DNA of 64,000 bases from Rhodoplanes serenus (lineage in GTDB: Bacteria; Pseudomonadota; Alphaproteobacteria; Rhizobiales; Xanthobacteraceae), in contig CAMDFO010000016.1 in assembly GCA_945897515.1 (NCBI GenBank), positions 3,262-67,261 on the forward strand, read 5' to 3'. Made by a program: the position numbers and the translations under genes. Positions 9,446 to 19,414 of this stretch are shown here, piece after piece (the stretch's first letter is position 1; each line of letters starts with the position of its first letter). The notes below the pieces were generated by a model. It saw only the letters and a list, made by a program, of their open reading frames with translations, had not been told where the DNA came from and searched no databases.

Positions 9446-11770
9446 ATGAACGACGTACGCAGCGCGCAGGACCACACGTTTCGTCTCGAAGAAGCGACGA
9501 TCGGCGACCTGCACGCGGCCATCCAAGTGGGTCGGACCAACTGCGTTGCGGTTGTGCAGCACTACATCGAGCGCGTGCGGGCCTTCAATGGTGTGGCGAG
9601 CATGCTGGTGACGCAGGACGGCGCACCTGTCGCAGAAGCTACCGGCACGGAGCGCGCGATGGCGCCGATCCGGTTTCCGACGCAGACCGTCAAAGCCTCG
9701 TCGATCCTGCCCGATCTCGACAAGTATCAGGGGCCTCCGCTGGAGTTCGGCCGCATGGAGCCGACCGCGTCCGATCCGGCGGTGCAGCAGCAGTTCGGCA
9801 TGATCGTCGGCATTCCCAACGCCGGACAGGTCAACGCGATCGGCACGCTCAACATCCGTGGCGAGCGATCCGTTACCTGCAAGGGCGAGTTCGACCGGCA
9901 TCCGGCGAAAGGGCCGTTGCCGCCCGGCGCGCCGCCGGTGTGCGAGTTCTTCCGCCAGCAGCCCGATGCGCTGGAACGCGCCGCCGAGCTCGATGCGAAA
10001 TACGGCTGCAATCCCGATCTCGAAGCTATGCCGATGTACGGCGTGGTGTTCTCGTTCAAGGACCCGTTCGACACCAAGGACATGCGCTCCACCGGTGGCG
10101 GCGACGCGCGCTACGACATCGATTTTCCGGCGCGCGACCACGTTCTGGTCGAGCAGCTCCGCAACAAGGGCGCGATCATCTTCGCCAAGGCGGTCAACAC
10201 CGAATACAACGGTCGCGCCGGCGATCCGGGCGGCCGGCACCAGCCCGAAAAGGTGCTGCCGTCGACGCTCGGCTATCAGCGCAGCACCTGGGCCGGCAAT
10301 CCATCCAATCCATACGACACGACGCGCTCGGCCTCGCTCGGCTCAAGCTCCGGCTCGGCGCTGTCGGTCTCGACCAACATGGTGATGGCGAGCCTGGGCG
10401 AGGAGACCCGCGCATCGTGCCGCGGTCCGTCCAATCACAACGCGGTGGCGCTGATCCTGCCGCACAAGGCGATGCTGGGGTTCGACGGCGGCGCGATCGG
10501 CGCGGACATCTATTGCGATCGCAGCGGCATTCATGCGCGCAGCATCGTCGACTGCGCCAAGATTCTCGACGCACTCAAAGACCCCGTGGAAGGCTATTAC
10601 GATCCGCGCGACGTTTACACGACGGTGCCGCGTTCCTCGGTGCTGAGCACGCCTTATGCCAGTCACCTCAGCGCATTTGGCGCGCCGGGCGCGCTGAAAG
10701 GCTTGCGGCTCGGGGTGATCCGCGAGTCCATGACAATCCCGCCGGGCTCCAAGACCGAGGAACCGATCGTCAGCGCGGTGACGAAGGAAATCAAAGCGGT
10801 GCTCGGTGAGCGGCTGGGCGTCACGCTTGTGGAGTCCTCCGACCCGCTTTGGACGCCCGATGCCGGCATAGAACAGATGACGGTCGATTTCCGCCGTGCG
10901 CTGGCGCGGCTGGTGCCGGTGTTCATGCCCGACCTGCTGTTCCGGCTCGGCCGGGACGGCACGCCGCTGTTCAAGGAGTTCGCGGCGGCGATCGTGCCCA
11001 CTGAGTTCATGCCCGGAAAGGTGTTCGGCTCGGGCATGATGGCGCCGATCGACTATTGCGTCGAGCTGGCGGAGGGGCGGATCGCACCGCCGAAGAATCT
11101 CGATCTCGGCACCATCCAGCAACAGGAGATGGCGAACACGTTCCGCTTCCACATTTCGCAATATCTCTCGCGGCGCGCCGCCGACTGGAAGGCGAAGGGC
11201 TTTGCCGAAACGCTGACAGACTGGCCGGCGCTCAATGCGCGCTCGAAATTCTGGGGTGACGACCAGCGTTCGGCGTTCAAGAATTGGGAGGAGATCGCCG
11301 ATCCGCGCAACCCGCACGGCCGGCGTCAGGGAGTCAACGAGCGAATCATGCTGCGAGAAATGCTGCGCCGCGCCGACATGATGGTGATCCTGGAGAACAA
11401 GCTCGACGCGCTGGTACGGCTGCACACGCCGTGGCCGCCGGGATTGATCGGCCATGCCTACCAGTACGACATCGCGAGCAACCTGCGGCCGGAGTCGCTG
11501 AGCGGCCCGAACGCGGGCCTGACCGAAATCCTGATTCCGGCCGGATACGTGACCACGGCGTACGATCCGGTGTTCAAGCTGACGGCGGACGGCAAGCGCT
11601 ACGTGTCGGCCGCATCCAACAAGCCGACGGCAATTCCGGAGCCGGGCCTGCCGTTCTCGCTGGTGTTCCGTTGCGAGCCGGGCCGGGAGGACGTGCTGGT
11701 CAGGATCGCGTCGGCGTATGAGGCCACCTCGAAGCGCCGCGTGCCGCCGCCGGCGTTTGGGCCGCTGTAG
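9446..11770 (+). CDS. Amidase-signature family protein, unusually long (774 aa)
   Basis: FSFKDPFDT (catalytic Lys), NPYD...SLGSSSGSA, GEETRASCRGP, C-terminal GLPFSL...IASAYE. Confidence 0.85.
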   Translation: MNDVRSAQDHTFRLEEATIGDLHAAIQVGRTNCVAVVQHYIERVRAFNGVASMLVTQDGAPVAEATGTERAMAPIRFPTQTVKASSILPDLDKYQGPPLEFGRMEPTASDPAVQQQFGMIVGIPNAGQVNAIGTLNIRGERSVTCKGEFDRHPAKGPLPPGAPPVCEFFRQQPDALERAAELDAKYGCNPDLEAMPMYGVVFSFKDPFDTKDMRSTGGGDARYDIDFPARDHVLVEQLRNKGAIIFAKAVNTEYNGRAGDPGGRHQPEKVLPSTLGYQRSTWAGNPSNPYDTTRSASLGSSSGSALSVSTNMVMASLGEETRASCRGPSNHNAVALILPHKAMLGFDGGAIGADIYCDRSGIHARSIVDCAKILDALKDPVEGYYDPRDVYTTVPRSSVLSTPYASHLSAFGAPGALKGLRLGVIRESMTIPPGSKTEEPIVSAVTKEIKAVLGERLGVTLVESSDPLWTPDAGIEQMTVDFRRALARLVPVFMPDLLFRLGRDGTPLFKEFAAAIVPTEFMPGKVFGSGMMAPIDYCVELAEGRIAPPKNLDLGTIQQQEMANTFRFHISQYLSRRAADWKAKGFAETLTDWPALNARSKFWGDDQRSAFKNWEEIADPRNPHGRRQGVNERIMLREMLRRADMMVILENKLDALVRLHTPWPPGLIGHAYQYDIASNLRPESLSGPNAGLTEILIPAGYVTTAYDPVFKLTADGKRYVSAASNKPTAIPEPGLPFSLVFRCEPGREDVLVRIASAYEATSKRRVPPPAFGPL

Positions 11771-11880
11771 CTCGAAAACTGTTCACAACCCGTCTTTCCA
11801 CGCTTCGGTTGCAGGGCCGGCGCGCAGCGCATCGATAACATTTCACCTCGGTGATTCGCGATATCGCTGGGGGATACGGC

Positions 11881-12807
11881 ATGCGGGGCGCGCTTCTCGG
11901 CATTGGGCTTGCCGTCACATTCTTCTGCGCTACGGCTAACGCCGCGCCGTGCCCCGGCAATCCGAACGCGCTCGGCGTCAGCCGCGAACTGACGGTGACG
12001 GCCGGCGACTACTCCCGGCTCGGGACGATGCAGTATCGGCAGACCTTACCGCTCGCCGACCGCGAGGTGGTGCTTACGTTCGACGACGGGCCGCTGCCGC
12101 CTTATTCCGACCATGTCCTGGCGGCTCTGGCGGCGGAGTGTGTGAAGGCGACATTCTTCCTGGTCGGCCGGCACGCACGGGCTCATCCGGATGCCGCCCG
12201 CCGGATCTACAACGCCGGTCATACGATCGGAACGCACAGCCAGAACCACCCGCTGTCGTTCGACCAGATTTCGGACGGCCGGGTCGAGCACGAGATCGAC
12301 GATGGCATCGCCTCGGTCACCGCCGCGCTCGGCGACAGCAAGGCGCTGGCGCCGTTCTTCCGCGTTCCCGGCCTGCGGCGGACAGCGAGCGTGGAGGCGC
12401 ATCTGCGGACGCGTTCGCTCGTGGTGTGGAGCTCGGACACGCTCGCTGACGATTGGCGGCCGATCAGCTCCGACCAGGTGCTGCGTCTCGCGCTGTCGCG
12501 GCTCGAAGCGCGCGGCAAGGGTGTGCTGCTGCTGCACGACATTCAGGCGCGTACGGTCCTGATGCTGCCGACGCTGCTCGCGGAATTGAAAAAGCGGGGA
12601 TTCAAGATCGTCCATGTGATTTCCGAAGGGGCGAGGCCGGTGCTTCCGGAAGCGCCGATCGCGGAGGCTGAGCCGGCAAGGCCGGGCTGGCCGCGGGTTT
12701 CCAAGGTGGCCGCTGCGCCAGTTAAGACCGCCGCCCGCTCGTTCTGGTCGACGTTCGCCGGGCTGCAAGCCGGGCCGGTCAAATACGACCTTCACGGCTC
12801 GCAATAA
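11881..12807 (+). CDS. Polysaccharide deacetylase (NodB/CE4 family), exported
   Basis: Signal peptide; TFDDGP, HSQNH, FRVPG, DDW and LLHD motifs. Confidence 0.93.
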   Translation: MRGALLGIGLAVTFFCATANAAPCPGNPNALGVSRELTVTAGDYSRLGTMQYRQTLPLADREVVLTFDDGPLPPYSDHVLAALAAECVKATFFLVGRHARAHPDAARRIYNAGHTIGTHSQNHPLSFDQISDGRVEHEIDDGIASVTAALGDSKALAPFFRVPGLRRTASVEAHLRTRSLVVWSSDTLADDWRPISSDQVLRLALSRLEARGKGVLLLHDIQARTVLMLPTLLAELKKRGFKIVHVISEGARPVLPEAPIAEAEPARPGWPRVSKVAAAPVKTAARSFWSTFAGLQAGPVKYDLHGSQ

Positions 12808-14173
12808 AGAGCGTTGCAACGCCGCGGCGGTCGGCCTTGCCGGTCGCGCCGGCCGGCAGCGCGTCGGTGAAATAAAACGCGTCGGGCACCTTGAAGCGTT
12901 CGGTGCGCGCGAGCATCCAGTCTCGCAGAGCACTCGGTGTCAGTTGCGAGCCTTTCCGCAGAACGACCACGGCGTGAATGATCTCACCCAGCCGCTCGTC
13001 GGGCACGCCGGCGCAGAGCGCGGCCGCCACGTCCGGATGCTCGGCCAGCAGATTGTCGATTTCCAGCGGCGCGATCTTGATGCCGCCGCGCGAGACGATG
13101 TCCTTGCTGCGTCCGACGAGTTGGACGCGTCCGTCCGGATCGAGGCCGGCGAGGTCACCGGTGTTGAAATGACCGTTGTCGAACGCCGCCGCCGTTAGTT
13201 GCGGGTTGTCGAGATAGCCGAGCATCCCGAACGGCGTCTTGATCTGCAACTCGCCGGTTTCGCCGATCTGGAACGCAACACCCTCGGTCGGCACCCCGAT
13301 GGTGCCCCGGCCATCCGGCTGGTCGTCCGGACCAACCACGAAGTCGCACGATCCGGTTTCCGTCAGTCCATAGAGGTCGTAGATCGCGGCTTTGGGCGCG
13401 GTGCGCTGCAGACCGGCGGCGAGCGGCTTCGGCAGCACCTCGCCGCCGGTCAGGATCATGCGCAGTCCGGGCATCGAGATCGTTGGATCGGCCAGCAGCG
13501 TGCGAAACATCGACGGCACGCCGGCCAGCACGGTAGCGCCGCCGCCGAGGCCCTTGGTGATCGCATCCGGCGAGAATTTCGGAACGAGAATGAGCCGCGC
13601 GCCGGCATGCAGCGCGAGCAGACTCACCCACAATCCGAATATGAAGGTCAGTTGCAGGGGCACCAGCACGACATCGTCGGAACGGAACGCCAGCAGACGC
13701 TCCAGCACCGCGAGTTTGGCGGCGAGCCGTCGATGGCCGATGACCACGCCCTTCGGAAGCCCGGTGCTGCCGGATGTGAAGATGACGAGAGCCGCGTCCT
13801 CGCGCAGCAGCGGACGGTCGGGCGGCGGCGCGTAACCGCAAATCTCCAGCCGATCGGCGTCGATCAGGAACCGCGCGCCGGTCGCGTTGAGCAACGCCGA
13901 GACGGTGGCGGGCGCCGCCGTAACGTGGATCGGCACAGCGACCGCTCCGGCCTGCCACGCGCCGAGCAGCGATCCGAGATCGGATGGCCGGTTGCCGATA
14001 CGGACGTGGATGGGTTCGCCGGGCTGGACCTGATGTTCGGCCAGAATCTGCGCCACGCGGTCGGCAATCGAGAGCAGCTCGACAGCCGTGCGACTCTCGC
14101 CGCTGATGCTCTCGACCGGCCAACGCAGATCTTGCAGCGCGCCGGCAAGCACGCTGGTCAGCGTCTCGCTCAT
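12779..14173 (-). CDS. AMP-binding acyl-CoA synthetase/ligase (ANL superfamily)
   Basis: IFTSGSTGLPKG, YGLTE, FNTGDL, GRSKD, TGK. Confidence 0.93.
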   Translation of the reverse strand: MSETLTSVLAGALQDLRWPVESISGESRTAVELLSIADRVAQILAEHQVQPGEPIHVRIGNRPSDLGSLLGAWQAGAVAVPIHVTAAPATVSALLNATGARFLIDADRLEICGYAPPPDRPLLREDAALVIFTSGSTGLPKGVVIGHRRLAAKLAVLERLLAFRSDDVVLVPLQLTFIFGLWVSLLALHAGARLILVPKFSPDAITKGLGGGATVLAGVPSMFRTLLADPTISMPGLRMILTGGEVLPKPLAAGLQRTAPKAAIYDLYGLTETGSCDFVVGPDDQPDGRGTIGVPTEGVAFQIGETGELQIKTPFGMLGYLDNPQLTAAAFDNGHFNTGDLAGLDPDGRVQLVGRSKDIVSRGGIKIAPLEIDNLLAEHPDVAAALCAGVPDERLGEIIHAVVVLRKGSQLTPSALRDWMLARTERFKVPDAFYFTDALPAGATGKADRRGVATLFIASREGRI

Positions 14174-14994
14174 GCCTTGCGGCTCGGAAAGCGCGCATCG
14201 CGCCAGGCGAGCGCGGCTTTGAGCCCGTCGCGACGGGCGATGTCCATGAACTGCACCTTGTCGGGCGAGCCCGCACCTTCGATTTCCAGGTCGATGGCGA
14301 GCGCCTCTTCCAACGCCGCCAGCATGTTCTGTGCTTCTAGCGCGCGATTGATGGCGCGTTTGGTTTCCTTCACCAGGTTCGGGTCGATCGCCGCGATGTG
14401 CTGCGCCAGCGCGAGCGCCGCGTCGTCAAGTTCGGCCGCCGGCACGATCCGGTTGACCATGCCGATCTCGCGCGCCCGCGACGCCGGGATGCGATCCTCG
14501 CCGGTCAGGATGATCTCCTTGGCGACCTTCGGGCCGACGATCCAGGGCAGGATCATCGATACGATGCCGGCGCCGAATTTCAATTCCGGCTCGCCGAAGA
14601 ATGCGTCGTCCGCCGCGATGGTGATGTCGCAGGCCAGCGCCAGCTCGCAGGCGCCCGCGAGGCACGGCCCGCGCACTGCCGCGATGGTCGGGCGCGGGAA
14701 GTGCCAGAACCGCATGATGGTGTCGAAGTCCTTGCGCAGGATCCCGCGCCATTGCTCGACGCCCTGCGGCCGGCGCTCCATCTGCTCCTTGAGATCGAAG
14801 CCGGAGGAGAACGCCGCGCCCGCGCCCCGCACGATCACAGCGCGAATGGCGGGATCGCGCTCGGCGTCATCGAGCGCCTCGCCGATTTCGCCGAGCATGG
14901 TCTGATTGAGCGCATTGGCGCGCTCGGGACGGTTCAGGGTCAGCCGCAGGATCGGCCCGATGGTCTCGACGACGATGGTCGAGAACGCGGTCAT
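14170..14994 (-). CDS. Enoyl-CoA hydratase/isomerase (crotonase family)
   Basis: LTLNRPERANAL, AFSSGFDL, AGACELALACD, FGEPE; true start MTAFST lies within the longer ORF 14170..15807. Confidence 0.92.
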   Translation of the reverse strand: MTAFSTIVVETIGPILRLTLNRPERANALNQTMLGEIGEALDDAERDPAIRAVIVRGAGAAFSSGFDLKEQMERRPQGVEQWRGILRKDFDTIMRFWHFPRPTIAAVRGPCLAGACELALACDITIAADDAFFGEPELKFGAGIVSMILPWIVGPKVAKEIILTGEDRIPASRAREIGMVNRIVPAAELDDAALALAQHIAAIDPNLVKETKRAINRALEAQNMLAALEEALAIDLEIEGAGSPDKVQFMDIARRDGLKAALAWRDARFPSRKA

Positions 14995-15683
14995 TTCCCG
15001 AAGTCGAACACCGCCACCGCGCGGATCGGCGAGCCGGTGCCACCGCGCCACTTCATCGGCAGGCCGATGAACGTGAACGCACCCTGACCGAGCAGGGCTT
15101 CGAGGTTGCACAGGCTTTCCATGTGGGTGATGTCGAGCTCCAGGCAGGCCTTGTGCACCAGCGTGTTGACCATGCCCTCGGGGCCGGGCCGCATCGAGTC
15201 GATGCCAAAATGCACGACGCCCTGCTTGGCCAGCCATTCGGTGGCGGCAACATTCACGCCGGAGTTGTCGGTCGAGTATTCCTTGCGCGGAAAGGTGCGC
15301 TCGTGATGGCCGGTGCAGAGCAGCACCGTGCCTTTCTTCGGGACCGGAACGCCGGCCTTCTTTACGGCCTCTTCCAGATGCTGCGGCGTGATCTCGGCCT
15401 TCGGCGCGATGTGCCGCAGGTCGAGGCAGATGCCCGGCACGATGCAATTCTCCAGCGGATACTCGTTGATCGGCTGGCCGTTGACCCCGAAGTGCTTGAA
15501 CGCGTCGATGTGGGTACCGCCGTGGTCCGACATCGAGAAGAACATCACGCTGTTGCCGTGGACGCCGCCGGATTCGGCCTTCGCCTCCTCGTGAGTCTTC
15601 CAGATGCCATGGATGATCGGCGGTTGGCCCGGATAGCTTGGGGTGCGGTGATAAAGTTCGCGGCTCAGGTCGACAATTCTCAT
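14991..15683 (-). CDS. Cyclase family metal-dependent hydrolase (kynurenine formamidase-like)
   Basis: VDLS, HGGTHIDA, GIDS, GTGSPIRAVA. Confidence 0.9.
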   Translation of the reverse strand: MRIVDLSRELYHRTPSYPGQPPIIHGIWKTHEEAKAESGGVHGNSVMFFSMSDHGGTHIDAFKHFGVNGQPINEYPLENCIVPGICLDLRHIAPKAEITPQHLEEAVKKAGVPVPKKGTVLLCTGHHERTFPRKEYSTDNSGVNVAATEWLAKQGVVHFGIDSMRPGPEGMVNTLVHKACLELDITHMESLCNLEALLGQGAFTFIGLPMKWRGGTGSPIRAVAVFDFGK

Positions 15684-15724
15684 GGAGCTTTCTTTGCGAT
15701 GCGTTCGGGTTCAGTCCGGTCCGG

Positions 15725-16441
15725 TTACTCGCGATACGGCCGGTCCGCCTTGCGGCACCAGTTTTCCCAGGCGCGGTTGACGTTCGCGGGCGTGGTCGTG
15801 CCGGCAACCTTTTTGACCTCGCCCTTGGTCAAGAATTTTACCTTGCCCATGGCCTCGGCCTGCATCTGCAGCTTGGCGTTCAGTTCGAGATAGATCGCAG
15901 TGTACACCGTGGCGCGCAGGTCGGGGCCGGCCACGACGCAGCCGTGGCCCCGCATCAGCGCGGTGCGGCCCTTGCTGAGCGTCTTCACCAGGTCGCGGCC
16001 CATCGCCATGCTGGTGACCAAGAGATCGGTGTCGCCGAATTTCTTGTGCTGGTCCCAGATCGGCACCTCGTCGCCGATGGTCCCGCACATGTGCATGATC
16101 GGTCGCATCTTGCGGCCGGTGACGCCGAACGGGATCACGCCGGGGCTGTGATTGTGGATCACCGACAACACGTCAGGGCGCTTCTCGTAGGCCGCGCCGT
16201 GGATGAAGCGTTCGAGATAGGGCTTGCGCCCTTTGGCGTCGACCGGATCGCCCTCCAGGGTGAACTCCATGATGTCGGCGGTCTCGACTCGTTCAGGCGC
16301 GCGCGACCGCGACAGGAAATAGGTTTTGGGATTGTCCGGATTGCGGATGCTGACGTGGCCGAACGAATCCACGATGTTCTGCGTGGCCAGGATGCGATTG
16401 GCGGTGACGAGGTCCTCGATCAGGTCGGAGAGTTTCGACAT
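15725..16441 (-). CDS. Class II aldolase/adducin family protein (decarboxylase-like)
   Basis: DSFGHVSIR, ERFIHGAAY..RPDV..VIHNHS, LMRGHG. Confidence 0.9.
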   Translation of the reverse strand: MSKLSDLIEDLVTANRILATQNIVDSFGHVSIRNPDNPKTYFLSRSRAPERVETADIMEFTLEGDPVDAKGRKPYLERFIHGAAYEKRPDVLSVIHNHSPGVIPFGVTGRKMRPIMHMCGTIGDEVPIWDQHKKFGDTDLLVTSMAMGRDLVKTLSKGRTALMRGHGCVVAGPDLRATVYTAIYLELNAKLQMQAEAMGKVKFLTKGEVKKVAGTTTPANVNRAWENWCRKADRPYRE

Positions 16442-16472
16442 TAAGGCGTTCCCCCTTGGAGACGGTTGTTGG

Positions 16473-17705
16473 TTAAAACTTCAGATCCTGTTTTGGCACT
16501 TCGACGCGTTCGACGCGCGGCAGGCCCGGCTGATGGCCGTAGAGCCACGACATGTCGACGCCACCTTGCGCGGTCCAGTCGCTCAGCACCTGGTTGCGCA
16601 GTTCGCGGTTGACGCCGGAGGCGTGGTAGATCTCACCGAACACGCGGGCCATGAGCTGGACCCGCGCGGTGCGCAGATAACGAATCTGCTGGTAGCTCTT
16701 GAACGCCGCGGCGTAGTCGTCGCCGTTCTTGACGATTTCCTCGGCGAGGCAGACGCCGTCCTCCAGCGCCATGTTTGCGCCTTGCGCCAGATATTGCAGC
16801 ATCGGATGCGCGGCGTCGCCGAGCAGCACAACGCGGCCCTTCGCCCATTCCTTGATCGGCGGGCGGTCGCACAGCACCCACATCTTCCAGGCTTCGACCT
16901 TCTTGAGCAGGGTGCGGACCGGCTCGCATTTCTCGGCGAACTTCTTGTGCAGCTCCTCCGGATCGCCGTAGGTGTCCCAGCCTTCCTCGTAGCGGTCGGA
17001 GTGGAACACCACGACGAGATTGAACAACTCGCCGCGCCGCAACGGATAGTGAACCAGGTGGGTCTTCTCGCCGCCCCACAGGATCATCTTGTTGATGCGG
17101 TATTCTTTCGGCCAGTCGGCGGTCGGGACCACTGCGCGATAAGCGATATGGCCCGACACCACAGGCTTGCCGTCGCCGACGATGATCTGACGGATCGTCG
17201 ACCACAGGCCGTCGCAGCCGATCAGTGCCGCGCCGCTGAAGCTTTCGCCGCTTTCCGTGCGCACCGTTACGCCGCCGGCGGTTTCGTCGAAACCGATCAC
17301 CTTCTGGGAGGTGGTGAGCTTGATCAGGTCCGATTTCTTGCAGGCCTCGTAGATCACGTTGAGCATGTCGGCCCGGTGCACGACGGCATAGGGTGCGTGA
17401 TACTTCGCCCAGAAGCGCTCATCGACCGGAAGCTCGACGAAGGTCTTGCCGGTCATGGAGTCGCGCATCTCCAGGCCCTCGGGGAAGACCACCCACTTGT
17501 TCATCTCCTCGGTCAGGCCAAGGAATTCGAACATGCGGAACACGTTGGGGCCGAGCTGGATGCCGGCGCCGATTTCCTTGAATTCGGGGGCCTGCTCGAT
17601 GACGTGGACTGGAATGCCCTTGCGGGACAGGGCGAGCGCGGTGCCAAGCCCGCCGATGCCGCCGCCCACCACCAGGACCGGCGGCCGCTTTTTGTTATTG
17701 CTCAT
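16473..17705 (-). CDS. Group A flavin monooxygenase, 3-hydroxybenzoate 6-hydroxylase-like
   Basis: GGGIGG, EIGAGIQLGPN, HRAD, GCDGLWS, THLVHYPLR, GDAAHPMLQYLAQGANMALED. Confidence 0.88.
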   Translation of the reverse strand: MSNNKKRPPVLVVGGGIGGLGTALALSRKGIPVHVIEQAPEFKEIGAGIQLGPNVFRMFEFLGLTEEMNKWVVFPEGLEMRDSMTGKTFVELPVDERFWAKYHAPYAVVHRADMLNVIYEACKKSDLIKLTTSQKVIGFDETAGGVTVRTESGESFSGAALIGCDGLWSTIRQIIVGDGKPVVSGHIAYRAVVPTADWPKEYRINKMILWGGEKTHLVHYPLRRGELFNLVVVFHSDRYEEGWDTYGDPEELHKKFAEKCEPVRTLLKKVEAWKMWVLCDRPPIKEWAKGRVVLLGDAAHPMLQYLAQGANMALEDGVCLAEEIVKNGDDYAAAFKSYQQIRYLRTARVQLMARVFGEIYHASGVNRELRNQVLSDWTAQGGVDMSWLYGHQPGLPRVERVEVPKQDLKF

Positions 17706-17861
17706 ACGCTTCGTCACTCCGGCACGCGAAACCGTCACCTTGGGGCTCACTGTAGAATTTCAGCCCCCGCGCGATCAAGCGAGTGGGGCGTGTGCCCATA
17801 GGCAGTCGCGGCCAAATGGGGAATACTCGACCGAAAGAAACGTCTGCGGAGGGAGCCCGAT

Positions 17862-18839
17862 ATGACAAAATCGCTCGTTGCATTGCTGGCATGCGGACTG
17901 CTTGCCCTCGGGGCAGGTCCGATTGCGGCGCAGACCGCCTATCCCAGCAAGACCATCACCATCGTGGTGCCGGCTTCGCCGGGCGGCGTGACCGACACGC
18001 TGGCCCGGCAGCTCGCACAGCGGCTCACGGAGAAGTGGGGCCAGCAGGCGGTGGTCGAGAACCGGCCGGGCGCCAACAATTCGATCGCCGCGGAATACGT
18101 CGCCAAGTCGGCGCCGGACGGCCACACGCTGTTCATCGGCCCGGACGGCACGTTCGTGGCCAATCCGAGCCTCTATCCGAAGCTGCCTTACGATCCGGAC
18201 AAGAGCTTCACGCCGATCACCGGCCTGGTGATCATCAACCATGCGCTGATTACAAACCCGTCGATGCCAGTCGGCAGCGTCAAGGACTTGCTCGATCTGG
18301 CGAAGCAGAAGCCGGGCACGATCAACTACGGCACCTTCGGCATCGGTTCGAGCGGTCACATGAACATGGAGCTGCTCCAGAACATGTCGGGCGCGAGGTT
18401 CCAGGCCGTGCACTACAAGGGCGCGACGCCCGCGTTGACCGACGTCGTAGCCGGCCACATCCAGATGATGTTCGTGAGCGTCGGCACTGCTGTCCCGCAA
18501 TGGCAAGGCGGCAAGGTGAAATTCATCGCGGTGAGCTCCGCGCAGCGCATGGCGAGCTTGCAGGAGATTCCGACCGTGGCGGAGAGCGGCGTGCCGGGCT
18601 ACGAGGCGGTGTCCTGGTTCGGTTTGTTCGGTCCGGCCGGCATGCCGACCGAAGTAGTCGCCAAAATCAACGGCGAAATCCGCGCCATGCACGCCGATGC
18701 CGAATTCAAGAAAAGCTTCCTCGATCGTTATTATTTCCAGTCGATCGCGGGGCCGCCGGAGCAGCTGACGCGCTTCATCAAGTCGGAAGAGCCGAAGTGG
18801 CGCAAGATCATCCTCGATGCGAAGATCAAGGTGGAGTGA
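17862..18839 (+). CDS. Bug/TctC family substrate-binding protein
   Basis: YPSKTITIVVPASPGGVTD, ENRPGA, PDGHTL, YKGA. Confidence 0.95.
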   Translation: MTKSLVALLACGLLALGAGPIAAQTAYPSKTITIVVPASPGGVTDTLARQLAQRLTEKWGQQAVVENRPGANNSIAAEYVAKSAPDGHTLFIGPDGTFVANPSLYPKLPYDPDKSFTPITGLVIINHALITNPSMPVGSVKDLLDLAKQKPGTINYGTFGIGSSGHMNMELLQNMSGARFQAVHYKGATPALTDVVAGHIQMMFVSVGTAVPQWQGGKVKFIAVSSAQRMASLQEIPTVAESGVPGYEAVSWFGLFGPAGMPTEVVAKINGEIRAMHADAEFKKSFLDRYYFQSIAGPPEQLTRFIKSEEPKWRKIILDAKIKVE

Positions 18840-18849
18840 ACACAGAACC

Positions 18850-19251
18850 ATGAGCGAAAAGAAAAAGCTGCCCGCCGATCTGGAGAAGTTCCGCGACAGC
18901 TACGTCGAGCTGTTCGGCGTGCTGCCGCCGTTGCCGTCGGCGCGCTTCGAATTTTCCGGCGAGGTAAACCCCGAGTTTCTGCGGGTGTCCGAGCAATTGC
19001 GGGCCGGGGCGTTCTACTCCAAGCACATCGACGTCAAAACCACGCAGCTCATCCTGTTCGGGATGCTGCTCGCCGAGCACAATCCGGTCGGCGCACAGGC
19101 CCATGCGGCGGCCGCGCGGAAAGCCGGCGCGTCGTGGGAGGAGTTGCATACGGTGATGGAACTCGCCGCCGCGACCGGCGCGCTGTGGGCGGCCAATAAC
19201 GGCGGCTCGATGCTCAAGGGACTGAAGGACAAGGAAGCGGGCGGGACGTAG
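18850..19251 (+). CDS. Carboxymuconolactone decarboxylase-like (CMD/AhpD fold) protein, no CxxC
   Basis: IDVKTTQLILFGML...HAAAARKAGASWEEL pattern; start MSEKKK. Confidence 0.8.
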   Translation: MSEKKKLPADLEKFRDSYVELFGVLPPLPSARFEFSGEVNPEFLRVSEQLRAGAFYSKHIDVKTTQLILFGMLLAEHNPVGAQAHAAAARKAGASWEELHTVMELAAATGALWAANNGGSMLKGLKDKEAGGT

Positions 19252-19296
19252 CAGCGCAGTCCGCAGCTTCCTCCACCGTTGGCTGCCCATATCCCA

Positions 19297-19383
19297 CTGT
19301 CATCGCCCGCGAAGGCGGGCGATCCAGTCTTTGGACATCAATCATGGTAGCGCTGGATGCCCCGCCTTCGCGGGGCATGACAG
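19297..19383. repeat. REP-type palindromic element (GTCATCG(T/C)CCGCGAA subfamily)
   Basis: CTGTCATCGCCCGCGAAGGCGGGCGATCCAG...CTGGATGCCCCGCCTTCGCGGGGCATGACAG between convergent genes. Confidence 0.9.
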
Positions 19384-19414
19384 CGAGTACCAAGCGGCAG
19401 ACATGACGGGGAAG

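Noticed and set aside
12779-12807. 29-bp convergent overlap of the deacetylase and CoA ligase genes
   Set aside because: Short tail-to-tail overlaps are common in high-GC genomes; no evidence of function.
14170-15807. 545-aa ORF suggesting a cyclase-crotonase fusion
   Set aside because: The upstream part is a different frame of the cyclase gene; the two genes are coupled by an ATGA overlap.
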